Source of the DNA: Theionarchaea archaeon
GTDB taxonomy: Archaea; Methanobacteriota_B; Thermococci; Methanofastidiosales; SZ-28-30
Direction: 5' to 3'
Length of the DNA stretch: 64,000 nucleotides
Assembly (NCBI GenBank): GCA_018992685.1
Contig: JACVGT010000011.1
Span: 128,001 to 192,000, forward strand
A model generated the notes under the pieces. It saw nothing but the letters and a program-made list of their open reading frames with translations, had not been told where the DNA came from and did no database searches. The position numbers were made by a program, and so were the translations under genes. Each line of letters starts with the position of its first letter. Within the stretch, counting starts at the first letter, position 1. Shown piece by piece: positions 27,723-37,515 of the stretch.

Positions 27723-29150
27723 ATGAAGACCGCTCGTACCACTGAAATTCTTGCAGTTGTCGTTGGCAACAGAGAATATTTTCCAGATCAGTTGGCTGAA
27801 GAGGGAGGAAAGGACGTGATCCGGACTCTCACGGATCTTGGGTTCACCATAATAACCAATTTCTCTGAAGAGACAGGCACTGGCAGTGTCCAGACCTGGA
27901 ATGACTCCAAAGCATGTTCTCAGATTCTTAAGGAAAATGCAGACAAGATAGACGGTGTGGTAGTAACCCTTCCGAATTTTGGTGACGAAAAAGGGATTGC
28001 TGAAACCCTGAAGCTTTCCAGCTTGCCTGTCCCCGTTCTTGTTCATGGATTCCCGGATGAATCAGAAAAAATGGATAGAGCACACCGAAGGGATTCCTTT
28101 TGTGGAAAGATCTCCGTGTGCAACAACCTGTACCAGTATGGGATACCCTTTACCAACACCCGGTTCCATGTGGAAGCTCCAGATTCCCAGGAATTTCAGG
28201 AAGATGTAATTCATTTCGGGAAGGTCTGTCGGACAGTAAAAGGACTGAGAAATGCTCGGTTGGGTGCTATTGGAGTACGGCCCAATGCATTCAAGACTGT
28301 TCGGTACAGTGAGAAACTCCTGGAGAACAATGGTATTGCCTTGGAAGTCGTGAATCTGATGGAAATCGTGGGTCGGGCAAGAGAACTGGAAGACACCTCA
28401 CCCGAAGTCAGAAAAATACTGACTCAGATGAAGCAGCTATTCGCATTGGAGAATGTTCCTCCAGGCCCTATTACCAAAACTGCCAGACTTACTGCCGTTA
28501 TCCTGGAATGGGTTCAGGAACTTGAACTCGATGCAGTTTCCTTTAACTGCTGGCCTGCAATAGAAAAATACTATGAAATAGTTCCCTGTGCTGCTATGGC
28601 CATGTGCTCCGACTTCTCCGTACCTGCTGCATGCGAGACAGATGTCATGGGATCTCTTTCCATGTACGCCCTCCAGCTCGCTTCGGGAAGGCCCGCAGCT
28701 TTGGCCGATTTCAACAACAACTACAAGAATGACCTTGACAAGTGCGTGCTCTTTCACTGCAGCGCCTTTGCACCTCATTTCTTTGAAGAACGTCCTGAAG
28801 TAGTTTGTCACGAAATGCAGGGGTGTTATGGGTCACTAAGTGGAAAAATGAAGGCAGGACCAGTAACTCTATTCAGGGTGGAAACTGATGATATCAAAGG
28901 AAAAATCAAAGGATACGTTGCTGAAGGCGTAATCACAGATGATGAAGTGGAAACGTTCGGTTCATACGGTGTTCTCGAGGTTAACGAACTGCAATCCTTG
29001 CTACATTATGTCACAGGACATGGGTTTGCTCATCACGTGGCCCTGGTACGAGATCACGTAGCTTCTGTCATACAAGAAGCTGCTTCCACGTATTTGGGCT
29101 GGGAAATCTTCACTCACGGGACCACAGGAAGGACTGGACCAGGAGATTAA
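27723..29150 (+). CDS. L-fucose/D-arabinose isomerase-like protein
   Basis: NFGDE, RRDSFCGK, NCWP, CETD, FHCS, GFAHH. Confidence 0.88.
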   Translation: MKTARTTEILAVVVGNREYFPDQLAEEGGKDVIRTLTDLGFTIITNFSEETGTGSVQTWNDSKACSQILKENADKIDGVVVTLPNFGDEKGIAETLKLSSLPVPVLVHGFPDESEKMDRAHRRDSFCGKISVCNNLYQYGIPFTNTRFHVEAPDSQEFQEDVIHFGKVCRTVKGLRNARLGAIGVRPNAFKTVRYSEKLLENNGIALEVVNLMEIVGRARELEDTSPEVRKILTQMKQLFALENVPPGPITKTARLTAVILEWVQELELDAVSFNCWPAIEKYYEIVPCAAMAMCSDFSVPAACETDVMGSLSMYALQLASGRPAALADFNNNYKNDLDKCVLFHCSAFAPHFFEERPEVVCHEMQGCYGSLSGKMKAGPVTLFRVETDDIKGKIKGYVAEGVITDDEVETFGSYGVLEVNELQSLLHYVTGHGFAHHVALVRDHVASVIQEAASTYLGWEIFTHGTTGRTGPGD

Positions 29151-29842
29151 CCTCTTTTTTCCAGAGTGATGGCCTCTGCGGGGCAAGTAGATACACACAA
29201 CCCACACCCTGAACACAGGTCAGGATTGAAGACCACACTTCCGGTCCCTATCTCTCTCGCGCCAAACTGACATCTCGTAACACATACTCCGCACCCCGTA
29301 CACCGGGAACTGTCAGTTGCAGCCACTGCACTGAAGCTTAGAATGTGGCGCAGAACTCCAAATCGCACTGCTGCAGACAGGACAAGACAGCAACACATGC
29401 AACAACTACAAATCTCGTTGATTCCTTCCCGATCGACAGCCAGGGCCATATGCACAAGCCCAGCCTTGTGAGACTGGTCCAGAACTGCCAGGGCTTCTTC
29501 AATGGTGACTTTTCTGGGATTCAGCTTTCTCAGTTCATCGCTGGTTAATGCCTGTTCTCCTCGTTCATTCAATCTGAGACAGGTGTGAACTGGAAAATCA
29601 CAATTCTTCCTCTCTACTCTGCACGTACAATCCATAAGCACAATCAGCCAGGCATCTTCCAGGTATTTCCTGGCTTCTTCAAGGTTGAGGACTCTGTTTT
29701 CACCTCTTATCTCAACCTCTACAGGGACAGTCACTGCAGTGTGAAGTCTCCCTTCTATATCCCCAATTTCCTCCGCAGTCCAGTCACCTGTGAGTTCGTG
29801 CCTGTGCTTACTGCTCCGGGCATAATTCGCCTCTTTTGTCAT
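29147..29842 (-). CDS. 4Fe-4S dicluster-domain protein
   Basis: CTCR, ICSCCMCCC, two CxxCxxCxxxC motifs; start chosen from RBS ggagtga. Confidence 0.88.
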   Translation of the reverse strand: MTKEANYARSSKHRHELTGDWTAEEIGDIEGRLHTAVTVPVEVEIRGENRVLNLEEARKYLEDAWLIVLMDCTCRVERKNCDFPVHTCLRLNERGEQALTSDELRKLNPRKVTIEEALAVLDQSHKAGLVHMALAVDREGINEICSCCMCCCLVLSAAVRFGVLRHILSFSAVAATDSSRCTGCGVCVTRCQFGAREIGTGSVVFNPDLCSGCGLCVSTCPAEAITLEKRG

Positions 29843-30107
29843 GGTATTCACTCCTCTGAAGCCATCAGTCATGCATCGCGCCCATCTATTGCAATTACTT
29901 GGGACCCTTTTCTCCTGTGTGATAGCTTCAACATTGACACAACCATCACGTTCTTCAGTTAAAACTGTTTTCAACTCTCTTCATCATTTACCCATAATTT
30001 TACATAAACAGCAAAAGATCTGAAATGAGATAATCCATCATAATAAGGAGAAGCATTCTTCACATCTTTTAATGAATAGGTGCAACCCTTTTCATCCGGG
30101 AGCAGCG

Positions 30108-30995
30108 CTAGAATCCCTGCAGAATAGCCTTTTCTGGTATTGCACCTTTTACCCCAGCCACCTTTCCTGCCAGTTCAACAGCATAGTCAAGCATCCTCTC
30201 CTCGTCAACCTTCTTGATGAGAGAATGTACAATCCCTGCAGTGAAGGCGTCTCCACAGCCAGTTGTGTCTACAACATCAATTTCGGAGGCAGCTCTGTGG
30301 AGTACCGTTGTTTCAGAATACAGAGAAGCTCCTTCACTCCCTCTTGTCACAAAAACGTACTGCAGGTTGTGGTGCTGCATCAACCTGGTTATCACCATAT
30401 CATCAGACTCTTCACTCTTGTATAACATCTTGATTAATCCCAGTTCCTGTTCATTTATCTTTAAGATATCTGCCATCTCTACTGATTCTGTAAAGAGTGA
30501 TTCCCAGCTACTAATCCCCTCCCTGTAGTTGAAATCATAAATTTTCACTGCATCTGTTGATCTCAGAAGAGTTCTCAAAGTGTTCCTTGAGACACTGTGT
30601 CTCTGCGCCAGTGTTCCAAAGCAGAAGAATTTTGTGGCTGAACAGATGCGTGCCATGCCTTGATCAAAGGTAATATAATCGAAGGCCACATCATTGGCTA
30701 TGAGAAAAGCAGGATTCTTATTCTTGTCACGCGTGACTGTCACCGTGCCCGTCTTGTGCTCATTGATCTGACAGAGCAGTGGAACTTTCTCACTGGCAGC
30801 AGCCTGAAGTCTCTTCCCTTGTTCATCAGATCCCACAGCCGTTATCATGAATGTTCGTATCCCTGTGAGTGAGGCCAGGGCTGCTGCATTGAAGGGAGCT
30901 CCTCCTATCTTCTCTTCTCCATCTTCATAGATGTCCCACAGGAGTTCTCCAAAGCAGACGAGGTCAGTTGCTACAAAGTGTCTCGCGTACTTCAT
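30108..30995 (-). CDS. PfkB-family sugar kinase (fructokinase-like)
   Basis: GELLWD, GGAPFN, DFNYR, VDTTGCGDAF. Confidence 0.93.
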   Translation of the reverse strand: MKYARHFVATDLVCFGELLWDIYEDGEEKIGGAPFNAAALASLTGIRTFMITAVGSDEQGKRLQAAASEKVPLLCQINEHKTGTVTVTRDKNKNPAFLIANDVAFDYITFDQGMARICSATKFFCFGTLAQRHSVSRNTLRTLLRSTDAVKIYDFNYREGISSWESLFTESVEMADILKINEQELGLIKMLYKSEESDDMVITRLMQHHNLQYVFVTRGSEGASLYSETTVLHRAASEIDVVDTTGCGDAFTAGIVHSLIKKVDEERMLDYAVELAGKVAGVKGAIPEKAILQGF

Positions 30996-31338
30996 GCTAC
31001 CACCAGCTACATCTGTTCTGAGGATATTTAAATGCCTCAGTGTGGAAGCCAGGACGTGTCCTCAGGCCCTTGAAGAATTGATGTCGCTGTCCGTTCCTTA
31101 AACAAGGGTTGTCACAGGTGTGGAGAGGACATTACCAAGATGATAAGGTGGCTACTAGACAGCAGGTCCACAGAACGTGGCTTCAAGAGGGGTATCACCA
31201 GCAGATGAACCGGAACTCAAAGCTCCTCGGCTCCCCCTGTTATTTTCTGCCTTGCATGCTGCCTGACCCACTGTTCCCACGAAAGATAAAAAGAAAGAAG
31301 TGGAAAACCTTTAAAACTGAAAAGTATTCAATATAGTT

Positions 31339-31854
31339 ATGGAAAAAGTCGTCACGAACAAGCACGAGGCAGGAACAGCAGGGAAGGCCGTAATCGTGTA
31401 TGACTCATGCTATGGGAATACAGAGAAAATCGCCACATCCATGGGCGAGGCTATTGCTGGTGGCACGAGAGTTGTCCGGGCCGCTGAAGCACATCCTTCC
31501 GATTTGAAATCCGTTGAGGTTCTCATCGTTGGTTCTCCGACGCAGGGGTTCAGAGCGACAAAGCCTGTGCAGGAATTCATTAAAAGCATTCCTGAAGGTG
31601 CCCTCAAGGGGATCGCTGTGGCAGCTTTTGACACAAGGATGCCTGCCGACGATGTGGGAAAGGGGCTGCGATTCATCATGAAGGTTGGCGGCTATGCTGC
31701 TCCTCGCGTTGCAGATGAACTCAAGAAGAAAGGTGGCACCTTGGCAGGACTTCCCGAAGGGTTCTTTGTCAAAGGCAAAGAAGGTCCACTGAAAGAAGGA
31801 GAATTAGAGCGTGCTGCCACGTGGGCAGAAAGTATCATCAAGAAAGGAAAGTAG
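31339..31854 (+). CDS. Flavodoxin-domain protein
   Basis: YDSCYGNTEKIA, GSPT, AAFDTR, EGPLKEGELERA. Confidence 0.92.
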   Translation: MEKVVTNKHEAGTAGKAVIVYDSCYGNTEKIATSMGEAIAGGTRVVRAAEAHPSDLKSVEVLIVGSPTQGFRATKPVQEFIKSIPEGALKGIAVAAFDTRMPADDVGKGLRFIMKVGGYAAPRVADELKKKGGTLAGLPEGFFVKGKEGPLKEGELERAATWAESIIKKGK

Positions 31855-31911
31855 CTAGGACCAATCTAAATGCGTATTTCCTTCCTTACCCATAATATTG
31901 AAAGTGATTTC

Positions 31912-33786
31912 ATGCACCTGACTGCAGAGAAAGAATGGTTCAAGGATTCTGAAGGACGCTCAGTCTTACTCCGTGGAGTGAATCTCGGCGGAAGCTCCAA
32001 AGTCCCAGCTCCTGATGGCGCCACTCATATAAAGACAGATTTTTCAAACCATGAAGATGTCTCCTTCGTCGGTCGTCCCTTCCGTTTGGAAGAAGCTGAT
32101 GAACACTACACCCGACTGCAGAGCTGGGGATTCAACTGCCTCTGGTTCCTCGTTACCTGGGAAGCTATCGAACATGCGGGACCGGGTGTCTATGATAGAG
32201 GCTACCTGGACTATCTTGAAGCCGTAGTCGAGAAAGCAGGAGAATATGGCTTTTTTGTTTTCATCGACCCGCATCAGGATGTGTGGAGCAGGATGACAGG
32301 AGGAGACGGTGCACCCGGATGGCTCTTTGAGAAGGTGGGCCTGGACTTTACCACCTTTGATGCGACAGAGGCCGCCATTGTCATGCAGCACCGTTACCCA
32401 GACTATGAACCCATGTGCTGGCCACAGAACTATAACCGATTTTCAGCAGCGACCATGTTCACCCTCTTCTTTGGTGGGAATGATTTTGCCCCGCATTGTC
32501 TCATTGACGGTCGCCCAGTCCAGGAATACCTGCAGACTCACTACATCAATGCTATCACCCAGGTTGCAGATCGGCTGAAAGGTCTCCCTCACGTCATAGG
32601 ATACGAATGTATGAATGAACCCCACCCCGGATTCATTGGAGTGAATGATCTCACTGTGCCCACTCGAGTTGCAGATCAGATCATGCCTGGACTGCAAATC
32701 CCACCCTTTGACGGCATGGTTTCGGCTTCAGGGGTTCCTCGAACCGTTAAAGTGGCGGAGCTCAAGAGACTCGGAGTCAAAATAACTGGTGAAACTGTCA
32801 TCAATCCAGGGAAGGTATCATGCTGGCTTCGTGACAGAGATGCCATCTGGCAGAAAGAGGGCATCTGGGAGATGGGTCCTGAAGACAATCCAAGGTTACT
32901 CCGTCCCGATCATTTTGGAATAGTCAATGGTAGTCCGGTACTCTTCTTTACCGACTATCTCACTCCGTTTATCAACCGATATGCAACTGAAATCAGAAAT
33001 ATACACCCAAATGTCTTTATTTTTGTTGAAGGTGAACCCTATCATCCAGAAACAATGAAATGGGAGTTGAACGATGCTGGAAACGTGGTGAATGCCAGCC
33101 ACTGGTATGATGGTGTCACGCTCATTACCAAGAAGTTTTCTGCACTGTACAACTATGACATCACCACAGGAAGTCTTGTATTCACTCACAGGGGCATCAA
33201 GAATATGTTTACACGTCAATTAAGAAGAATGAAAGAAGCCTCAACCAGGATGCAGAATATTCCTACAGTAATTGGCGAATTTGGCATCCCTTTTGACATG
33301 AATAATAGACGAGCATACAAGACTGGTGATTTTTCCAGTCAGGTTACAGCATTAGCCATGAACTATGATGTTCTGGATTCCCTCTTACTCCACAGTACTC
33401 TGTGGAACTACACGGCAGACAACACAAACCAATGGGGTGACCAGTGGAACCTGGAAGATTTATCTATTTTCAGCAGGGACCAGAAGAAAACCAGTGATAT
33501 CAGCAGTGGGGGACGTGCTCTGAAAGGATTCTGCCGTCCTTATGCTCAAAAGACTGCAGGGACTCCACTGCGCATGTCTTTTGATCTGAAGAAGGGGAGA
33601 TTCCTCTTTGAGTTTGACACTGACCCCACAGTGGATGAGCCCACAGAGATTTTTGTCCCGCGTGTCCAGTATCCTGGAGGGGCTACCGTAGCAGTGACGA
33701 ATGGACAATTTCAGAAAAAAGATGACCACGTATTCATTTTTGCAGATACTCCCGGGCGGTGCATTGTGGAGATTTCAAGAGTGTGA
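31912..33786 (+). CDS. GH5 glycoside hydrolase, endoglycoceramidase/steryl-glucosidase-like
   Basis: LRGVNLGGSSKVP, IDPHQDVWSR, GYECMNEP (acid/base), VIGEFG (nucleophile), WNLEDLS. Confidence 0.9.
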   Translation: MHLTAEKEWFKDSEGRSVLLRGVNLGGSSKVPAPDGATHIKTDFSNHEDVSFVGRPFRLEEADEHYTRLQSWGFNCLWFLVTWEAIEHAGPGVYDRGYLDYLEAVVEKAGEYGFFVFIDPHQDVWSRMTGGDGAPGWLFEKVGLDFTTFDATEAAIVMQHRYPDYEPMCWPQNYNRFSAATMFTLFFGGNDFAPHCLIDGRPVQEYLQTHYINAITQVADRLKGLPHVIGYECMNEPHPGFIGVNDLTVPTRVADQIMPGLQIPPFDGMVSASGVPRTVKVAELKRLGVKITGETVINPGKVSCWLRDRDAIWQKEGIWEMGPEDNPRLLRPDHFGIVNGSPVLFFTDYLTPFINRYATEIRNIHPNVFIFVEGEPYHPETMKWELNDAGNVVNASHWYDGVTLITKKFSALYNYDITTGSLVFTHRGIKNMFTRQLRRMKEASTRMQNIPTVIGEFGIPFDMNNRRAYKTGDFSSQVTALAMNYDVLDSLLLHSTLWNYTADNTNQWGDQWNLEDLSIFSRDQKKTSDISSGGRALKGFCRPYAQKTAGTPLRMSFDLKKGRFLFEFDTDPTVDEPTEIFVPRVQYPGGATVAVTNGQFQKKDDHVFIFADTPGRCIVEISRV

Positions 33787-34043
33787 GATTTTCAAGTACG
33801 GGCATGATTCGTGGTCCCATCCAACCCACTCCATGAAATCCACATCAGATATGTGCCCTGGGTGATCCTTCCATCCTCCTCTGTAACGGGCACCACCTCA
33901 TGCCTCCCACCTGACAGACTGCTTCTGGTGTTCGCTACATGTACAAGTGCGTGGTTCACATGCTGTAACCCATCGACGCGAGAGAGCGAACCTCAAAAGC
34001 TCGAAAAGGAAACCTTTATAAAAGTGTCTAAAGAGGAGCTCCT

Positions 34044-34241
34044 GTGACAGATAGGAAATTCTCAAATGGCATGCTTCTTCTTGTGGTAGGTCTTTTGATC
34101 TCAAGTATATCCTCAGTGATAGAGGACTTTGGGATTTTTGGATCTTCTGGCAGTCTTGCCATGGGCTTTTTTGATGGACTTTCAGTAGTGATGTTCGCTG
34201 TGGCAATCTTTTTTCTGGTCAGGAGTAGAAATCCAGCTTGA
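34044..34241 (+). CDS. Small two-TM membrane protein
   Basis: TATA (cctttataa) and RBS gaggag upstream; two hydrophobic helices. Confidence 0.7.
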   Translation: MTDRKFSNGMLLLVVGLLISSISSVIEDFGIFGSSGSLAMGFFDGLSVVMFAVAIFFLVRSRNPA

Positions 34242-34383
34242 ACATAATTGTTTCTGTTATCCTCTCCAAGGTCTCTTCCACATGCTTCAGAAGTGAGTGA
34301 TGGCAGAGAAGTTCCTGTATACTGAGATCAGCCTCTAGAACATCTTGCGCAACCTATAAATACCAGATCATAACAGTTTTCCC

Positions 34384-35652
34384 ATGAAAAAGGTTGTGAT
34401 TATAGCTGTTGTTGTTCTACTTGTTTCCGGATGTGCAGGCCAGAATCCAAAGGTGGAAGACGCTGGCTCCACAGTAGCAGCCATTTCTGTCATCGTAGAA
34501 TATGGGAAAAGCCTGGACTGGTGCCCTGCTAATGATCTCATTGCTTTTGGCAAGATGAGAGAGGATTCGTACTATGATGTGTGCATCATGAAGCCTGATG
34601 GTTCCCAGGAAATATGTCTAACCGACAAGGAATGCCCTCAAAAGCACAATGGCAATCCTGTCTGGCATCCTTCGGGACAGTACATCGTGTTCACGTCTGA
34701 AAACGGTGATGTTACAGGACATGAATATGATAGGGTTTCCATCCCGGGAAGAGGGATAAACTGCAACTTGTGGGCAGTGACACCGGACGGAGAAACCTTC
34801 TGGCAGCTGACAGAGTATCGCACCAGTTTCACCAATCCCAGAGGCGTGATTCACCCCCAGTTCTCCCATGATGGCAGAACCCTCATGTGGGCAGAAAGAG
34901 TGGGGAACAAGGAAGGGACCCCCTGGGGAGAGTGGGCACTGAAAGTGGCGGATTTTGTGGCAGATGGGAATTGCCGCCTGGAGAATATCAAGACCTACCA
35001 GCCCGGTGAGTCACTGAGGTTTTATGAGACTCATGCCTTCTCAGGAGATGACACGAGAATCCTGTTTTCAGGGAACCTTCTCTCAGACCAACTGGAATGT
35101 GGACTGGATATCTACGAACTCAACTTGAAGACAGAGAACCTCAGGAGGCTAACTGATACGTTCAACGACTGGGACGAACATGCCCATTATTCTCCGAATG
35201 GGGAAAAAATTGCCTGGATGTCCAGTACTGACCTTGGTGACCTCGGGATTACTTTTGATGATATCAAGAACCATCTCTGGGGCCTCAAGTTGAAGACTGA
35301 ACTGTGGATCATGGACACAGACGGTTCACACAAGCAGCGGCTGACCTCTTTCAATGAACCCGGCAACGGTGAATACCCGGGGCATGTTGCTGTCAGTGAT
35401 AGTTCTTGGTCACCAGATGGAACGAAAATTGCTGCCTGCATAGCATATGAGGATGGAAAGGATTCTGGGAAATTCCGCTCAAGGATCATTCTCGTTGATC
35501 TCGGTGCCCAGAAAAAGGATTTCATAGGTACTTCGCATTTCGGAGCATTCAGGAATGTGCGACTCTTCCTGTTAACGGCAGTTTATGATCTATTTATCCA
35601 CCGATTTCCGAACTTGATTTCATTGGGTGTACGGTGGATAAATCTGGTCTGA
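34384..35652 (+). CDS. TolB-like (PD40) beta-propeller lipoprotein
   Basis: Lipobox LVSGC; WHPSG, FSHDG, YSPNG and WSPDG repeats. Confidence 0.87.
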   Translation: MKKVVIIAVVVLLVSGCAGQNPKVEDAGSTVAAISVIVEYGKSLDWCPANDLIAFGKMREDSYYDVCIMKPDGSQEICLTDKECPQKHNGNPVWHPSGQYIVFTSENGDVTGHEYDRVSIPGRGINCNLWAVTPDGETFWQLTEYRTSFTNPRGVIHPQFSHDGRTLMWAERVGNKEGTPWGEWALKVADFVADGNCRLENIKTYQPGESLRFYETHAFSGDDTRILFSGNLLSDQLECGLDIYELNLKTENLRRLTDTFNDWDEHAHYSPNGEKIAWMSSTDLGDLGITFDDIKNHLWGLKLKTELWIMDTDGSHKQRLTSFNEPGNGEYPGHVAVSDSSWSPDGTKIAACIAYEDGKDSGKFRSRIILVDLGAQKKDFIGTSHFGAFRNVRLFLLTAVYDLFIHRFPNLISLGVRWINLV

Positions 35653-35744
35653 TAATGATCTATTCCATGTAATAGGTACTCTCGTGAGTCCTGTGGCCAG
35701 AATGGAATGGCAAGGCTTATATACTCGTAGAATAACCCAGCGCC

Positions 35745-36659
35745 ATGAATGATGAGGAATATCCTGAGCGTTCACGCCGAAAAGTAACAGTGATTGCCTG
35801 GATAGCCATGCTGATTGCCAGCAATCTGGCAATCATTCTCTGGCGAGAAGTATCATCAGGTGAACCTTCTTGGTGGCCCTGGATTCATGCAGTTGGATTA
35901 CTCGCGTTATTCACTCTCACCTTCATTGATGGAGACTTGAAGCCGCTTCGAGCATTTGTCGGAATTTTGCTTGTGATATTCATTCTCGGGTTTGGAGGCG
36001 GCTGGAAATGGGGAATAATTCCCTTTATTCGTGGAACTGACGCCTGGCTCACATGGGAATCCCAGACGCCCTGGGCGTTCTCAGCAATTGTCACTCACCT
36101 CGTGAGGCTCTCCCCCGCCTTGGTTATTCTCGCAGGGTTGCTACTTTCAGGATTGAGACGTCCTGACCTTTTCCTGGTCAAGGGTACAATTGATGCTCCT
36201 GTCGAACCCTCGCGGCTCCTTGGTATGAAGAAGCCAGAACCCTGGACGCGGACTGGAAGTATCTTTGCTGTGGTGTTCACGGTGGTTACCTTCATGTTCC
36301 TGGTTCTTTCGACCCATCCTACGGCAGATGCTTTCATGAATGTGCTGCCTCTTGTTCCTGTTGCTGTGCTTATTGCCGCAATAAATGCTTTTAATGAAGA
36401 GTTCACCCTACGTGCTGCTCCTCTATCTGTGCTGGTGTCCACCCTGGGTAAACAGCAGGCTCTCTTGATAACAACAGTCTATTTCGGGCTTGGACATTTT
36501 TATGGCGTCCCCAGTGGAGTGCTGGGTGTTCTCCTATCAGGGTTCCTGGGCTGGTTCCTCGGGAAGAGCCTCCTGGAAACACGAGGATTCTTCTGGGCGT
36601 GGGTGATTCACTTCTTGCCCGATGTCATCATCTTTACTTTCTACGCCATGAATGCATGA
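35745..36659 (+). CDS. CPBP/Abi (CAAX protease-like) intramembrane protease
   Basis: NEEFTLR (EExxxR), FGLGH, IHFLPD motifs. Confidence 0.9.
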   Translation: MNDEEYPERSRRKVTVIAWIAMLIASNLAIILWREVSSGEPSWWPWIHAVGLLALFTLTFIDGDLKPLRAFVGILLVIFILGFGGGWKWGIIPFIRGTDAWLTWESQTPWAFSAIVTHLVRLSPALVILAGLLLSGLRRPDLFLVKGTIDAPVEPSRLLGMKKPEPWTRTGSIFAVVFTVVTFMFLVLSTHPTADAFMNVLPLVPVAVLIAAINAFNEEFTLRAAPLSVLVSTLGKQQALLITTVYFGLGHFYGVPSGVLGVLLSGFLGWFLGKSLLETRGFFWAWVIHFLPDVIIFTFYAMNA

Positions 36660-36781
36660 TTGAGATGGATGCAGAACGGGGTATTACGCAATGACGTTAA
36701 TCAATGTTGGTGATCATTAATGCTAATAATTATTGAAAAGAGAGCATCAACCTATATATGGTGTGATCCCCTTACGAGTTC

Positions 36782-37486
36782 ATGGTAGTGAGAGGCGACG
36801 AGATTGGAGACATCCTCAACCGTGAAGGGATTGTGGAGTACGGGATCATGAAAACATCTGGCTATGATCAAGAAGCTCCCGTGGGTCACAGAGCTTCAGA
36901 TTTCCTACCAACAGCCCGGACCGCCATCGTCTACATTTTCCCCGTTGATCGGGATGTCGTAAGAAAGTTTCCTCGGGATTTTGCTGGAGAATCCTACGAA
37001 GCATATGTAAGAGAAAAGAAAAGGGTTACTGACCTGCTCCTTGATGCGGGCGAGGTGCTGGCTGCAGCCCTCAGGGAATGGGGATTTGATGCCAGGGTCA
37101 TACCCAAAGGATCGAGAGAATACATGGGATGGATCTCGCTCAAGCATCTGGGGTATTATGCAGGATTGGGATTTCTCGGAAGAAGTTCTCTTCTCATGAA
37201 TCTGACCCATGGTCCAAACCTTCGGATAGGTGCAGTACTCACAGATTGCCAACCACAAGACCTTGCAGCGCCTGCGGGTGTTGAGGCAGTGTGTCGTGAC
37301 TGTAAGAGATGCATTACAGCCTGCCCAGCCCATGCTCTGGAAGTTCCCAGAGAAGGTGAACTGTACCGCATCTCCAAGGAGAAATGTCACAGATATTTCT
37401 GCAGAATGAAAGGCATTACCTACAGCTCAGAGAATGCCAATGTGGTTTGTGGCCTGTGCAGGCAGGTGTGCCCCGTGGGTACATAG
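36782..37486 (+). CDS. QueG/reductive-dehalogenase-like Fe-S protein
   Basis: SLKHLGYYAGLGFLGRSSL, CRDCKRCITACP, CGLCRQVCP. Confidence 0.85.
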   Translation: MVVRGDEIGDILNREGIVEYGIMKTSGYDQEAPVGHRASDFLPTARTAIVYIFPVDRDVVRKFPRDFAGESYEAYVREKKRVTDLLLDAGEVLAAALREWGFDARVIPKGSREYMGWISLKHLGYYAGLGFLGRSSLLMNLTHGPNLRIGAVLTDCQPQDLAAPAGVEAVCRDCKRCITACPAHALEVPREGELYRISKEKCHRYFCRMKGITYSSENANVVCGLCRQVCPVGT

Positions 37487-37515
37487 AAGAAAGAGATGTC
37501 CGGGAAATTCTGTGA

